A stretch of DNA of 36,813 bases from an uncultured virus (IMG/VR IMGVR_UViG_3300029305_000620) (Duplodnaviria; Heunggongvirae; Uroviricota; Caudoviricetes): the IMG/VR virus record IMGVR_UViG_3300029305_000620; one strand, 5' to 3'. The position numbers and the translations under genes were made by a program. The notes beneath the pieces were generated by a model, which saw only the letters and a program-made list of their open reading frames with translations, was not told the origin of the DNA and made no database searches. Shown here one piece after another: positions 1 to 7,034 of the stretch (positions are counted from its first letter, which is position 1; every line of letters begins with the position of its first letter).

Positions 1-102
1 CTTGGCGCTCAGGGTCGCCGGATTCATACCCATCGCGATGGCGAAGGCGGTTTCCGTCTTGAAAACCTCGCGAATCTTGCCACGCAGCATATCGTAACTC
101 AT
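1..102 (-). CDS. Cro-like HTH regulator (DUF739-like), 3' end outside window
   Basis: Manual translation MSYDMLRGKIREVFKTETAFAIAMGMNPATLSAK; RBS AGGAAGGAG upstream; divergent from cI-like gene. Confidence 0.8.
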   Translation of the reverse strand, partial: MSYDMLRGKIREVFKTETAFAIAMGMNPATLSAK

Positions 103-125
103 GCTCTCACGCTCCTTCCTGGGTA

Positions 126-258
126 GTTTTGATTTCAAAACCCGAAAACATGATAATACTACTCGCAAGTAATGTCAAGGGGGAAAATTGAATTTTCACG
201 ACTTTTATTATAAAATTTTCGTGTTTTTATTGTATTTTCTCAATTTCGGTGGTATATT
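126..258. promoter_or_regulatory. Divergent lysis/lysogeny switch promoters with candidate operator
   Basis: Minus: TTGACA(178-173)-17bp-TATCAT(155-150). Plus: TTGTAT(230-235)-17bp-TATATT(253-258). Near-palindrome GTTTTGATTTCAAAAC at 126-141. Confidence 0.7.
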
Positions 259-283
259 ATACCCATCGCAAAGGAGGGTTAGT

Positions 284-655
284 ATGGCAAAATTTGAGCG
301 GATAGACAGCACAGCGAATCGCCTCCGCATCGCTATGGAGGAAGCCGGGAAGCGTCAGGTGGATCTCGTTCGAGAAACCGGCATTGATAAAGGCGCTCTA
401 TCCAACTACCTGAAAGGCCGATATGAGCCAAAGCAGGATGTAGTCTACAAACTGGCGGTTGCATTGAACGTATCTGAAATGTGGCTGTGGGGTTATGACT
501 GCAAGAAGGAAAGAACACAAGAGCAAAAAAACAACGACCTGCTTGCGCAGATCGTTGTAAGGCTTCGTAATGACAAAGCGTTTTTCGACGCTGTGTCTTC
601 TCTCTATAAGATGGACTCAGACAAGCTCGAAAGTCTATCGGCTTTTCTGAAGTAA
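284..655 (+). CDS. CI-like XRE-HTH repressor (123 aa, no S24 peptidase domain)
   Basis: RBS AAGGAGG before ATG 284; HTH-XRE pattern RQVDLVRETGIDKGALSNYLKGRYEP...LAVALNVSEMWLWG. Confidence 0.85.
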   Translation: MAKFERIDSTANRLRIAMEEAGKRQVDLVRETGIDKGALSNYLKGRYEPKQDVVYKLAVALNVSEMWLWGYDCKKERTQEQKNNDLLAQIVVRLRNDKAFFDAVSSLYKMDSDKLESLSAFLK

Positions 656-736
656 TTTGAGTATGAAGTCCAGCAAGGCCAAATCTTCACACTTTTCGAG
701 CAACGCGTTTATTGATTTCAAGAGTCTTTCTCTCAA
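635..736 (-). CDS. 33-aa peptide convergent with cI; candidate antirepressor
   Basis: GGAGGA RBS, TTG start, MRERLLKSINALLEKCEDLALLDFILKLLQKSR; own promoter with SOS box. Confidence 0.7.
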   Translation of the reverse strand: MRERLLKSINALLEKCEDLALLDFILKLLQKSR

Positions 737-772
737 AGCAAATTCCTCCTTTAATTCAATTTTATCGGGGCA

Positions 773-821
773 GAACGCGTGTTCATGGGTCATTGTACCC
801 TATTCCAGTTATCTCTGACAA
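773..821 (-). promoter_or_regulatory. Promoter with LexA (DinR/Cheo) box
   Basis: GAAC-GCGT-GTTC at 773-784; TTGTCA(821-816)-18bp-TACAAT(797-792). Confidence 0.7.
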
Positions 822-1011
822 ATGGGAATCGTTCCCTTGCCAGTATAGTACAATCATGGGCCGGATCAGTGCCCGCCGACACAAAAAGACATGAAAGGAG
901 GTGGTTGTTTCAAAAATGGAAAATACCACTTTTGAGAATAAAGGAGGTGACACTTTCAGCTTTGCAACAAACATTGCAACATAGTTGCAACCACACAGGA
1001 GGAAAAATGAA

Positions 1012-2547
1012 ATGTCAGAGGTTTACCTAACATCCGACGAGTACATCATGTACCTTCGGAAATCGAGGGCGGACAATCCGCTGGAATCAGTAGAAGAAGT
1101 GCTGGAGAAGCACGAAAAGATGCTGCAGGACTTCGCGTTGAGAACGCTGGGCGGATACATCCCCGAGCACTGCATCCTGCGGGAGATCGGATCGGGGGAG
1201 ACAATCGCCGAACGTGAGAAAATGCAGGAGGTGCTTGCACGGGTAGAAGACCCAAAGGTGCGCGGCTGCATCGTCGCTGATAGCTCCCGCCTTTCCCGTG
1301 GCGACCTCTCCGAATGCGGCACCGTCGTCAATGCTTTTCGGTATACGCGGACGGAGATCATCACGCCGCGCATTACCTACGACCTGACGAACGAGATGCA
1401 CCGGCAGTTTTTCGAGCAGGAGCTCATGCAGGGCCGCTCATACCTGGAATACACAAAGCGCGTGCTGCTGATAGGCCGGGAGAATGCCATCAAGCAAAAA
1501 GGCGCATACATCGGCAACATCCCGCCGTTCGGCTATGATAAGGCCGTCATCGACGATGTGCACACCCTCAAACCGAACGATGCTGCTGCTGCCGTGCTGA
1601 TGGCCTTTGAGATGTACGTCAACGAGGGTAAGACCTACCTACAGATCGCCCGCCACCTTGACAGCCTGGGCATCAGGCCAACCGTGAGCAAGGTGTGGGA
1701 GAAATCGTCCATCCGGGCAATGCTACAAAACAAGCACTATATCGGCATGGTATACTTCGGGAAGTACAGAACAGAAAAGACCATCGAAAACGGCCAGGTC
1801 GTGAGCCGATCCGTGCGACAGCCGGATGACAAGGTGATCATTGCCAAGGGCAAGCACCAGGCAATCGTGCCGCTGGAGCTGTTCGAGGCGGCCCAGGAAA
1901 AGATGGACAATAACCCTCGTGCGAAATGGGACATGCCCCTGCAGAATCCGCTGGCCGGCTTGATCGTCTGCCATAGCTGCGGCAAAGCGTTGGCACAGCA
2001 CCCGTACCCACACGCAGAGACACGCATCGAGTGCCGGAACCGACACGGCTGCAAGGCAAACTCCGCCAAGCTCCGCGAGGTGATTGAGGCCGTGGCCTTC
2101 GCGCTGGAAATGGAACACCTGCCGGACATGGAGGTCAAGCTGCACAACGATGAGGGCAAGTCCGCCAGCATCCAGAAGAAGCTGATCGAAAAAATGAACG
2201 CCGAAATGGCTGAACTGCACGCCAAGGAAGAACGGCAGCATGATCTGCTGGAAAGTGGCACTTACTCCGAGGAAGTGTTCGTGAAGCGGAACAAAGCCCT
2301 TCATGCTCAGATGGAGGAGCTGCGGTCGAAGATTTACGAGGCCAAGCAGAACATGCCCAAGGAGATCAACTATCAGAACAAGATCATCAAGCTGCAGGAT
2401 GCCATCGCTGGCCTGCGGGATGACACAATCTCCGCAGAACAAAAAAACCGCCTCTTGAAGGCGATAGTCAAGAAAATAGAGTATGAGTTCATCGAGCGCA
2501 AGCGCCGCCAGACGAGGTTCCGGCTGCACATCACCTTGCAGCTCTAA
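1012..2547 (+). CDS. Large serine recombinase (phage integrase)
   Basis: Catalytic YLRKSR, SRLSR, recombinase-domain PPFGY, zinc ribbon CHSC...CRNRHGC, coiled coil; RBS AGGAGG before ATG 1012. Confidence 0.95.
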   Translation: MSEVYLTSDEYIMYLRKSRADNPLESVEEVLEKHEKMLQDFALRTLGGYIPEHCILREIGSGETIAEREKMQEVLARVEDPKVRGCIVADSSRLSRGDLSECGTVVNAFRYTRTEIITPRITYDLTNEMHRQFFEQELMQGRSYLEYTKRVLLIGRENAIKQKGAYIGNIPPFGYDKAVIDDVHTLKPNDAAAAVLMAFEMYVNEGKTYLQIARHLDSLGIRPTVSKVWEKSSIRAMLQNKHYIGMVYFGKYRTEKTIENGQVVSRSVRQPDDKVIIAKGKHQAIVPLELFEAAQEKMDNNPRAKWDMPLQNPLAGLIVCHSCGKALAQHPYPHAETRIECRNRHGCKANSAKLREVIEAVAFALEMEHLPDMEVKLHNDEGKSASIQKKLIEKMNAEMAELHAKEERQHDLLESGTYSEEVFVKRNKALHAQMEELRSKIYEAKQNMPKEINYQNKIIKLQDAIAGLRDDTISAEQKNRLLKAIVKKIEYEFIERKRRQTRFRLHITLQL

Positions 2548-2561
2548 AGTTATACCCAATA

Positions 2562-2607
2562 TGTACATCATGGGGAGGCAGGTTCACCCGCTTACCTATG
2601 ATGTACA
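2562..2607. other. Candidate intact attP site
   Basis: 46-bp imperfect inverted repeat (22-bp arms, 18/22 match, outer 10 bp TGTACATCAT perfect) around central TC, 14 bp after integrase stop. Confidence 0.75.
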
Positions 2608-2631
2608 CACCAAAGAAAGGTAGTGTTATCA

Positions 2632-2817
2632 ATGGCTGAGAAGAAAATGACCATCCGTGAAAAGCTGGAACTGATGAAGGAGATCGCCCAGAGGAACAGG
2701 GAGCGCCGGCAGGAGTTTCTGGAGAAGGAAAAGCGGGAACGGAACGAAAAGCTGTTTGACCTGTACGTGAACGGCATGATCTCACGAGAAGACTTTGAGC
2801 GCAGATATAAAAAGTGA
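2632..2817 (+). CDS. Small charged SHOCT-like protein; candidate recombination directionality factor
   Basis: RBS GAAAGG; C-terminal LFDLYVNGMISREDFERR; immediately after attP-like site. Confidence 0.65.
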   Translation: MAEKKMTIREKLELMKEIAQRNRERRQEFLEKEKRERNEKLFDLYVNGMISREDFERRYKK

Positions 2818-2820
2818 AAG

Positions 2821-2851
2821 AAGGGCCGGGGAGAAATCCCTGGCTCTTTTT
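2821..2851 (+). terminator. Intrinsic terminator
   Basis: AAGGGCCGGGGA-GAAA-TCCCTGGCTCTT stem with T run. Confidence 0.75.
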
Positions 2852-2902
2852 CTGTTTGCGAAAATTTCTTTGAAAAAAGTCAGAAAACTTGTATTTTGCC
2901 CC

Positions 2903-2931
2903 TTGCATTTCCACGGAATCCGTGGTAATAT
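2903..2931 (+). promoter_or_regulatory. Sigma-A promoter of accessory operon 1 with palindromic operator
   Basis: TTGCAT-17bp-TAATAT; CCACGGAATCCGTGG (2911-2925) lies in the spacer. Confidence 0.8.
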
Positions 2932-2985
2932 AGTAAACGTAGACAGGAACCCCGCACTACCGACCGCACGAAAGGAAGCAAGACA

Positions 2986-3300
2986 ATGACTATCACCTTC
3001 ACCCGCGAATCCATTGCCGCCCACCTCGCCGACTGCCAGTCCATGGAGCACGACACCCAGGACACCTGCACCTACTACCTGCACATGACCGACGAGCAGC
3101 AGATGCTCAAGGGCTTCTATGACGCAGACATCACCTTCACGGCTGACCGCGACTTCACCCCCTACATGGACGACGAGGACTTCTCCCGCTTCTACGATGA
3201 CGAGGTGCTGACCAACGAGGGCTTCGCCGCCGTCGTTGACAGCCTCTACGAGCAGGCGGTGGCCTACTTCACCGAGCTGGCCGCCTGGGACGAGGAATAA
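2986..3300 (+). CDS. Highly acidic 104-aa hypothetical protein
   Basis: RBS AAAGGA; 25 D/E vs 4 K/R by manual count. Confidence 0.85.
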   Translation: MTITFTRESIAAHLADCQSMEHDTQDTCTYYLHMTDEQQMLKGFYDADITFTADRDFTPYMDDEDFSRFYDDEVLTNEGFAAVVDSLYEQAVAYFTELAAWDEE

Positions 3301-3311
3301 GCAAAGAGGAC

Positions 3312-3336
3312 ACCGGGCGGGGCGGTATAACCCCGC
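3312..3336 (+). promoter_or_regulatory. Pre-RBS H-type pseudoknot motif 1
   Basis: ACCG-G-GCGGGG-CGGT-ATAA-CCCCGC. Confidence 0.65.
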
Positions 3337-3352
3337 ATGGAGGACAGAAACC

Positions 3353-3652
3353 ATGAAGAAGTATCGCGTGAATGAATCGGAGCATTTCAACCTGCACAGC
3401 ATGTATGAACGGCTGAAGGTGATGGAGATCGAAATGGAGTGCGACGAACGCCCGTGGGATGATTCCATTTTCGATAGGATCGAAGAAGTCGAAAACCTGA
3501 TGGACAAGGCATATTGTGTCGGTGCACTCGTTGATTGGCCCACGCTGAAGCGTATCCGGGAGATTCAGGCTGAACGGAAGATGATTCGTTATAATCGCTG
3601 CTTAGCTGCTGGCCACTCTGAACGAGATGCTGCGGTTGCATTCCAGCTATAA
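3353..3652 (+). CDS. Hypothetical protein (99 aa)
   Basis: RBS GGAGGA, ATG 3353 (MKKYRVNESEHF...). Confidence 0.8.
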   Translation: MKKYRVNESEHFNLHSMYERLKVMEIEMECDERPWDDSIFDRIEEVENLMDKAYCVGALVDWPTLKRIREIQAERKMIRYNRCLAAGHSERDAAVAFQL

Positions 3653-3656
3653 ACAA

Positions 3657-3682
3657 CTCCCCGCCCCGGAGGTCACGAGGGC
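3657..3682 (+). promoter_or_regulatory. Pre-RBS pseudoknot motif 2
   Basis: CTCC-CC-GCCCC-GGAG-GTCAC-GAGGGC (bulged A in stem 2). Confidence 0.5.
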
Positions 3683-3694
3683 AGAAAGGTCACC

Positions 3695-3922
3695 ATGAGC
3701 AAGCAATTCTTCATCATGTTCGAGAGCGACCGGATTGTGTGCGGAAGCAATGACCACATGCTGTGCAACGCAAGCACGATCAGGAGTGCGAAGGCAGCTA
3801 TTAGGAGTGCGAGGAAGAAGGACTACATCGCGGAGCACAACCCGAGAAACTTCCGTGTGTATGACTCCTGGGCCGATGGGCCGGAAGATCAGCACGTTCC
3901 TTGTGTGTACCAAGAAGATTGA
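3695..3922 (+). CDS. Hypothetical protein (75 aa)
   Basis: RBS GAAAGG; ORF track. Confidence 0.8.
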   Translation: MSKQFFIMFESDRIVCGSNDHMLCNASTIRSAKAAIRSARKKDYIAEHNPRNFRVYDSWADGPEDQHVPCVYQED

Positions 3923-3929
3923 CAGATCC

Positions 3930-3957
3930 GCCCCGCCGGGAGGCATCATATCCCGGC
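3930..3957 (+). promoter_or_regulatory. Pre-RBS pseudoknot motif 3
   Basis: GCC-CC-GCCGGGA-GGC-ATCATA-TCCCGGC. Confidence 0.6.
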
Positions 3958-3972
3958 AGAAAGGATGGAACC

Positions 3973-4392
3973 ATGAGGAACAAGCTCCCATACATCTGGG
4001 CCTACCTCGACGGCAAGAAGCTGGTCGAAGTGATCCAGGCAGCCCTCGACAACAACATGCTGGTTGATGATGTCAAAAAGCGGCTCATCGCCGAGAACCC
4101 CGGCCACGAAGTCACGTTCAAGGTCGTAACGAATCAAAGGAGGAAAAACATGAACACCAAGAAATGGACTGACACCCTGCCCGCTGATGTGTATGAGCGC
4201 TTGTGTAACTGCAGTACGATCAGGGCTGATCTGCCCGCGCTTGTCAACGCCAAATGGGAAGACTACAAGCGCAGAGGGAAGAACGACTACCTTGACAAGC
4301 AAGATGCGCTCGTCGAGGTACTTGAGCTGCTGGACGAAAATGGGCGTGATTTCTACCTGAGCAAAGATCAGTGGGATGCCCTGTGTAAATAA
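3973..4392 (+). CDS. Hypothetical protein, apparent in-frame fusion of two small genes (internal start 4150)
   Basis: RBS GAAAGGA before ATG 3973; second strong RBS AAGGAGG before in-frame ATG 4150. Confidence 0.75.
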   Translation: MRNKLPYIWAYLDGKKLVEVIQAALDNNMLVDDVKKRLIAENPGHEVTFKVVTNQRRKNMNTKKWTDTLPADVYERLCNCSTIRADLPALVNAKWEDYKRRGKNDYLDKQDALVEVLELLDENGRDFYLSKDQWDALCK

Positions 4393-4398
4393 CACTCC

Positions 4399-4424
4399 GC
4401 CCCGCCGGAGGCATCGTATCCGGC
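4399..4424 (+). promoter_or_regulatory. Pre-RBS pseudoknot motif 4
   Basis: GCC-CC-GCCGGA-GGC-ATCGTA-TCCGGC. Confidence 0.6.
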
Positions 4425-4438
4425 AGAAAGGACGATCC

Positions 4439-4672
4439 ATGAAAACCACTTGCAAGATGTACCGCTTCTGTTTCTACTTCGACAAGCCCATCCCTGAAAT
4501 TGCAGAGGATGGAACCCACAAGACACGGGCAAGCTGCCGATCCGTCAAGGGGGCTGAGAATTATGCCAGGAAGCATGCTGAGATATTCACCAGGCACCTC
4601 TACGCTCCGACCAAGTGCGTTATCGAATATAACACGACCACCGGAAAGAAGTCCCGCGAAATCACATTCTGA
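4439..4672 (+). CDS. Basic hypothetical protein (77 aa)
   Basis: RBS GAAAGGA, ATG 4439 (MKTTCKMYRF...). Confidence 0.75.
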   Translation: MKTTCKMYRFCFYFDKPIPEIAEDGTHKTRASCRSVKGAENYARKHAEIFTRHLYAPTKCVIEYNTTTGKKSREITF

Positions 4673-4679
4673 CACAACC

Positions 4680-4707
4680 TGCCCGCCCGTGGGCATTGTA
4701 CGCGGGC
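4680..4707 (+). promoter_or_regulatory. Pre-RBS pseudoknot motif 5
   Basis: TGCC-C-GCCCGTG-GGCA-TTGTA-CGCGGGC; 4681-4715 identical (35 bp) to 6692-6726. Confidence 0.65.
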
Positions 4708-4721
4708 AGAGAGGAAACACC

Positions 4722-5282
4722 ATGCACAACATCTGCTATCGCTCATTCCCTGCAAGTACCTCGCGCAATGAGATCATCAGCACCGTGCAGCACATCGTCA
4801 GCACCAGCGGCGACGGATACGGCACGGAGCACGTCATTTTCCATCCGATGCTCACCTGCGACGACTACGAGGCCGCAAAGGAGTTCCTTCACCAGCACGA
4901 CGACGGCTTCTACCCCGGCGTGGCGGTCAAGTATTACGACCTGGCAAGCATGGCCGCCAGCAAACAGGTCGAAGCGCTGCATGCAAAGATCAGCGAAACC
5001 AGGAAAGCACGTCAGGAGTACATGGCTGAGCATACTGTGAAGAAATTCAAGGCCGACTTTGTTGGCTGTCAGAAATGCGGGTCGAAGCTGAGCCGCGTGC
5101 TGCTCCCAAGCGACTATTGCCCGCTCTGCCGGAACGACCTTCGGAGCGCCACCACGCTTGACCGCATTGCCAGGTACGACGCGAAGATCAAGGATCTGGA
5201 GCAGAAAGTCCGGCAGGAGCGCATCAAGTCGAAGGACAAGGCCAAGGTCTGCTGGCTTGTGATGTTCGAGTACCATTCTTAA
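4722..5282 (+). CDS. Hypothetical zinc-ribbon/coiled-coil protein (186 aa)
   Basis: CQKC...CPLC between coiled-coil segments; RBS GAGGA. Confidence 0.8.
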   Translation: MHNICYRSFPASTSRNEIISTVQHIVSTSGDGYGTEHVIFHPMLTCDDYEAAKEFLHQHDDGFYPGVAVKYYDLASMAASKQVEALHAKISETRKARQEYMAEHTVKKFKADFVGCQKCGSKLSRVLLPSDYCPLCRNDLRSATTLDRIARYDAKIKDLEQKVRQERIKSKDKAKVCWLVMFEYHS

Positions 5283-5288
5283 CCACCA

Positions 5289-5314
5289 GCCCCACCCGCC
5301 GGGCAAAAGGCGGG
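5289..5314 (+). promoter_or_regulatory. Intergenic pseudoknot motif 6
   Basis: GCCC-CA-CCCGCC-GGGC-AAAA-GGCGGG. Confidence 0.6.
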
Positions 5315-5347
5315 AATAAATATCCCAAATCGAAAGGAATTGTAACT

Positions 5348-5608
5348 ATGAAAAAAGACAACGAAATGAAGGCTGCTGTATACATGCGTGTTGGGAGCAA
5401 AGAACAACTCGCGGGCGGCGAAAAGGAAATGGACTTCAAGGAGCTGCGCAGGCTGTCAGGCATGACGCAAAAGGAGTTCCAGGATTATTTCGGCATTCCG
5501 AAACGGAACATCGAAGACTGGGATCGTGGCATTGCGAAGTGCAAGCCGTACCTGATTGATCTGATGCTGTATAAACTGAAAAAGGAAGGAATCATCCGGG
5601 ACGAATAG
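5348..5608 (+). CDS. Small XRE-HTH regulator (Aca-like position); alternative start 5429
   Basis: FKELRRLSGMTQKEFQDYFGIPKRNIEDWDRG HTH pattern; last gene of operon 1. Confidence 0.85.
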   Translation: MKKDNEMKAAVYMRVGSKEQLAGGEKEMDFKELRRLSGMTQKEFQDYFGIPKRNIEDWDRGIAKCKPYLIDLMLYKLKKEGIIRDE

Positions 5609-5620
5609 TCCCGGATTTTT
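5594..5620 (+). terminator. Intrinsic terminator ending operon 1
   Basis: ATCCGGGAC-GAATA-GTCCCGGAT plus T run. Confidence 0.75.
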
Positions 5621-5656
5621 CTTTGAAAAAAATCTGAAAAAACTTCATTTTCCCCC

Positions 5657-5686
5657 TTGACGAAACCACGGAATCCGTGGTATTAT
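5657..5686 (+). promoter_or_regulatory. Sigma-A promoter of accessory operon 2 with same operator
   Basis: TTGACG-18bp-TATTAT; CCACGGAATCCGTGG at 5666-5680; shares upstream A/T tract and AAAGGAAGCAAGACAATGA leader end with promoter 1. Confidence 0.8.
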
Positions 5687-5743
5687 ATACACGTGGAAAG
5701 GAACACAGGGCAACAGCCCGGACGAAAGAAAGGAAGCAAGACA

Positions 5744-6076
5744 ATGAAGGCTATGAACACCATGATGTACGTGAGCAACCTGATCGAGCAGATGGCCGAG
5801 TACCAGAGCATCATCAAGAACGCCAAGGACTACGACGAGGCCAAGCGGTGGGCAAGCCGGATGATCGGCTTCATCGACGGTGCGCACACCGTCGCGAACA
5901 CCATGATCTGCAAGGAGAACAACGACTTCACCGGCGAGATGAGCGACGTGCTTGCGCACTGGGAAGCCAGAGTTTATGAAACCCTGGCCCACAAGGCCAT
6001 CGAGTTCAAAATGGATCACGACCTGATCATGAAGCTCCTTACCACCCGCGACGAAATCAATGCCACCATCGGCTGA
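5744..6076 (+). CDS. Helical hypothetical protein (110 aa)
   Basis: RBS AAAGGA, ATG 5744 (MKAMNTMMYV...). Confidence 0.8.
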   Translation: MKAMNTMMYVSNLIEQMAEYQSIIKNAKDYDEAKRWASRMIGFIDGAHTVANTMICKENNDFTGEMSDVLAHWEARVYETLAHKAIEFKMDHDLIMKLLTTRDEINATIG

Positions 6077-6086
6077 CACCCACGAC

Positions 6087-6111
6087 ACCGGGCCGGGCGG
6101 TATAACCCGGC
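6087..6111 (+). promoter_or_regulatory. Pre-RBS pseudoknot motif 7
   Basis: ACCG-G-GCCGGG-CGGT-ATAA-CCCGGC; compensatory pair change vs motif 1. Confidence 0.65.
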
Positions 6112-6122
6112 AGGAGGACACC

Positions 6123-6272
6123 ATGAAGCAGTACATCTACACCGAAAAGGGCGCGGCCATCATGGCCCGCCGCTTCCCCGGCATCAAGGCCGGCGACACC
6201 TACGACCGCCCCGTCACCAAGGACATCCTCAAGCAGTACGTCAAGGCTGGCTTCATTGCCAAGAAGAAATAA
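6123..6272 (+). CDS. Small basic hypothetical protein (49 aa)
   Basis: RBS AGGAGG, MKQYIYTEKGAAIMARRF... Confidence 0.75.
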   Translation: MKQYIYTEKGAAIMARRFPGIKAGDTYDRPVTKDILKQYVKAGFIAKKK

Positions 6273-6285
6273 GGAGGACACCAAC

Positions 6286-6684
6286 ATGAAGAAGATCACC
6301 GGTTACCTGATCGACGTGGCCAACGAGAAGGCCAGCGTCACGACCATCGACTACTCCCTGCAGGGCTTCTACGACATCCTGGGCTGCCGCCTGGTCGAGA
6401 TGCCCACGCGCTGGATCGGCGCACGCAAGGGCCGCCCCTACGTCATCATCTGCGACGAGGAGGGCATGTTCGCAGACGCTCCCAAGGTCAGCGCCATCGA
6501 CAACATGGGCCAGGTGATGCTGGTCGGCAACCTGTTCATTGTAAAGGCCGGGCTTGAGGGTGAGCTGGACAGCCTCGACGAGGACGACATCAAGTACCTG
6601 GAGCGCTTCATCAGCCCTGAAGCCACCCGCATGTTCCGCAGCCCCTACCCCATGCTCCACCAGTGCGAATACTACGGCCGATAA
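6286..6684 (+). CDS. DUF3846-like protein
   Basis: SLQGFYDILGC.LVE...IICDEEG...LVGNLFIV pattern; RBS AAGGAGG. Confidence 0.7.
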   Translation: MKKITGYLIDVANEKASVTTIDYSLQGFYDILGCRLVEMPTRWIGARKGRPYVIICDEEGMFADAPKVSAIDNMGQVMLVGNLFIVKAGLEGELDSLDEDDIKYLERFISPEATRMFRSPYPMLHQCEYYGR

Positions 6685-6691
6685 ACAGACC

Positions 6692-6718
6692 GCCCGCCCG
6701 TGGGCATTGTACGCGGGC
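6692..6718 (+). promoter_or_regulatory. Pre-RBS pseudoknot motif 8
   Basis: GCC-C-GCCCGTG-GGC-ATTGTA-CGCGGGC. Confidence 0.65.
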
Positions 6719-6734
6719 AGAGAGGATGATCCCC

Positions 6735-7034
6735 ATGATGTACACCATTTACATGCTTCCCCGTGAACACGCCAACACCTTCATGGACTACCGCTGGGCG
6801 ATGGCCCACGGCGGCGTGAACAAGTCCGAATACGAGCGCGTCTACACCGGCTACATCGACCCGCGAGAGAACGAAAGCGTGCAGGATGTGCTGGAGCTCA
6901 TCTTCATGGAGCACAACGCGCCGGATCGCCCCAACAGCTACCACATGCGCAGCCTGAGTATTTCCGACCTGGTGGAGCTGGAAGGCTCCGGCACCTGGTT
7001 CTGCGACTCTTTCGGCTTCAAGAGGATCAACTGA
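6735..7034 (+). CDS. YodL-domain protein
   Basis: YERVYTG...LELIF..HN..RP..Y..RSLSISDLV...WFCDSFGF signature. Confidence 0.85.
   Translation: MMYTIYMLPREHANTFMDYRWAMAHGGVNKSEYERVYTGYIDPRENESVQDVLELIFMEHNAPDRPNSYHMRSLSISDLVELEGSGTWFCDSFGFKRIN

Noticed and set aside
188..283. N-terminal extension of CI given by the ORF track
   Set aside because: Covers the promoter region; the real RBS precedes ATG 284
1723..3543. Minus-strand ORFs 1723-2571 and 2782-3543
   Set aside because: Shadows of the integrase and accessory genes
3312..6726. Intergenic repeats as a CRISPR array or integron attC sites
   Set aside because: Spacers are whole genes of variable length; repeats are heterogeneous; no cas genes, no tyrosine integrase and no RYYYAAC/GTTRRRY ends
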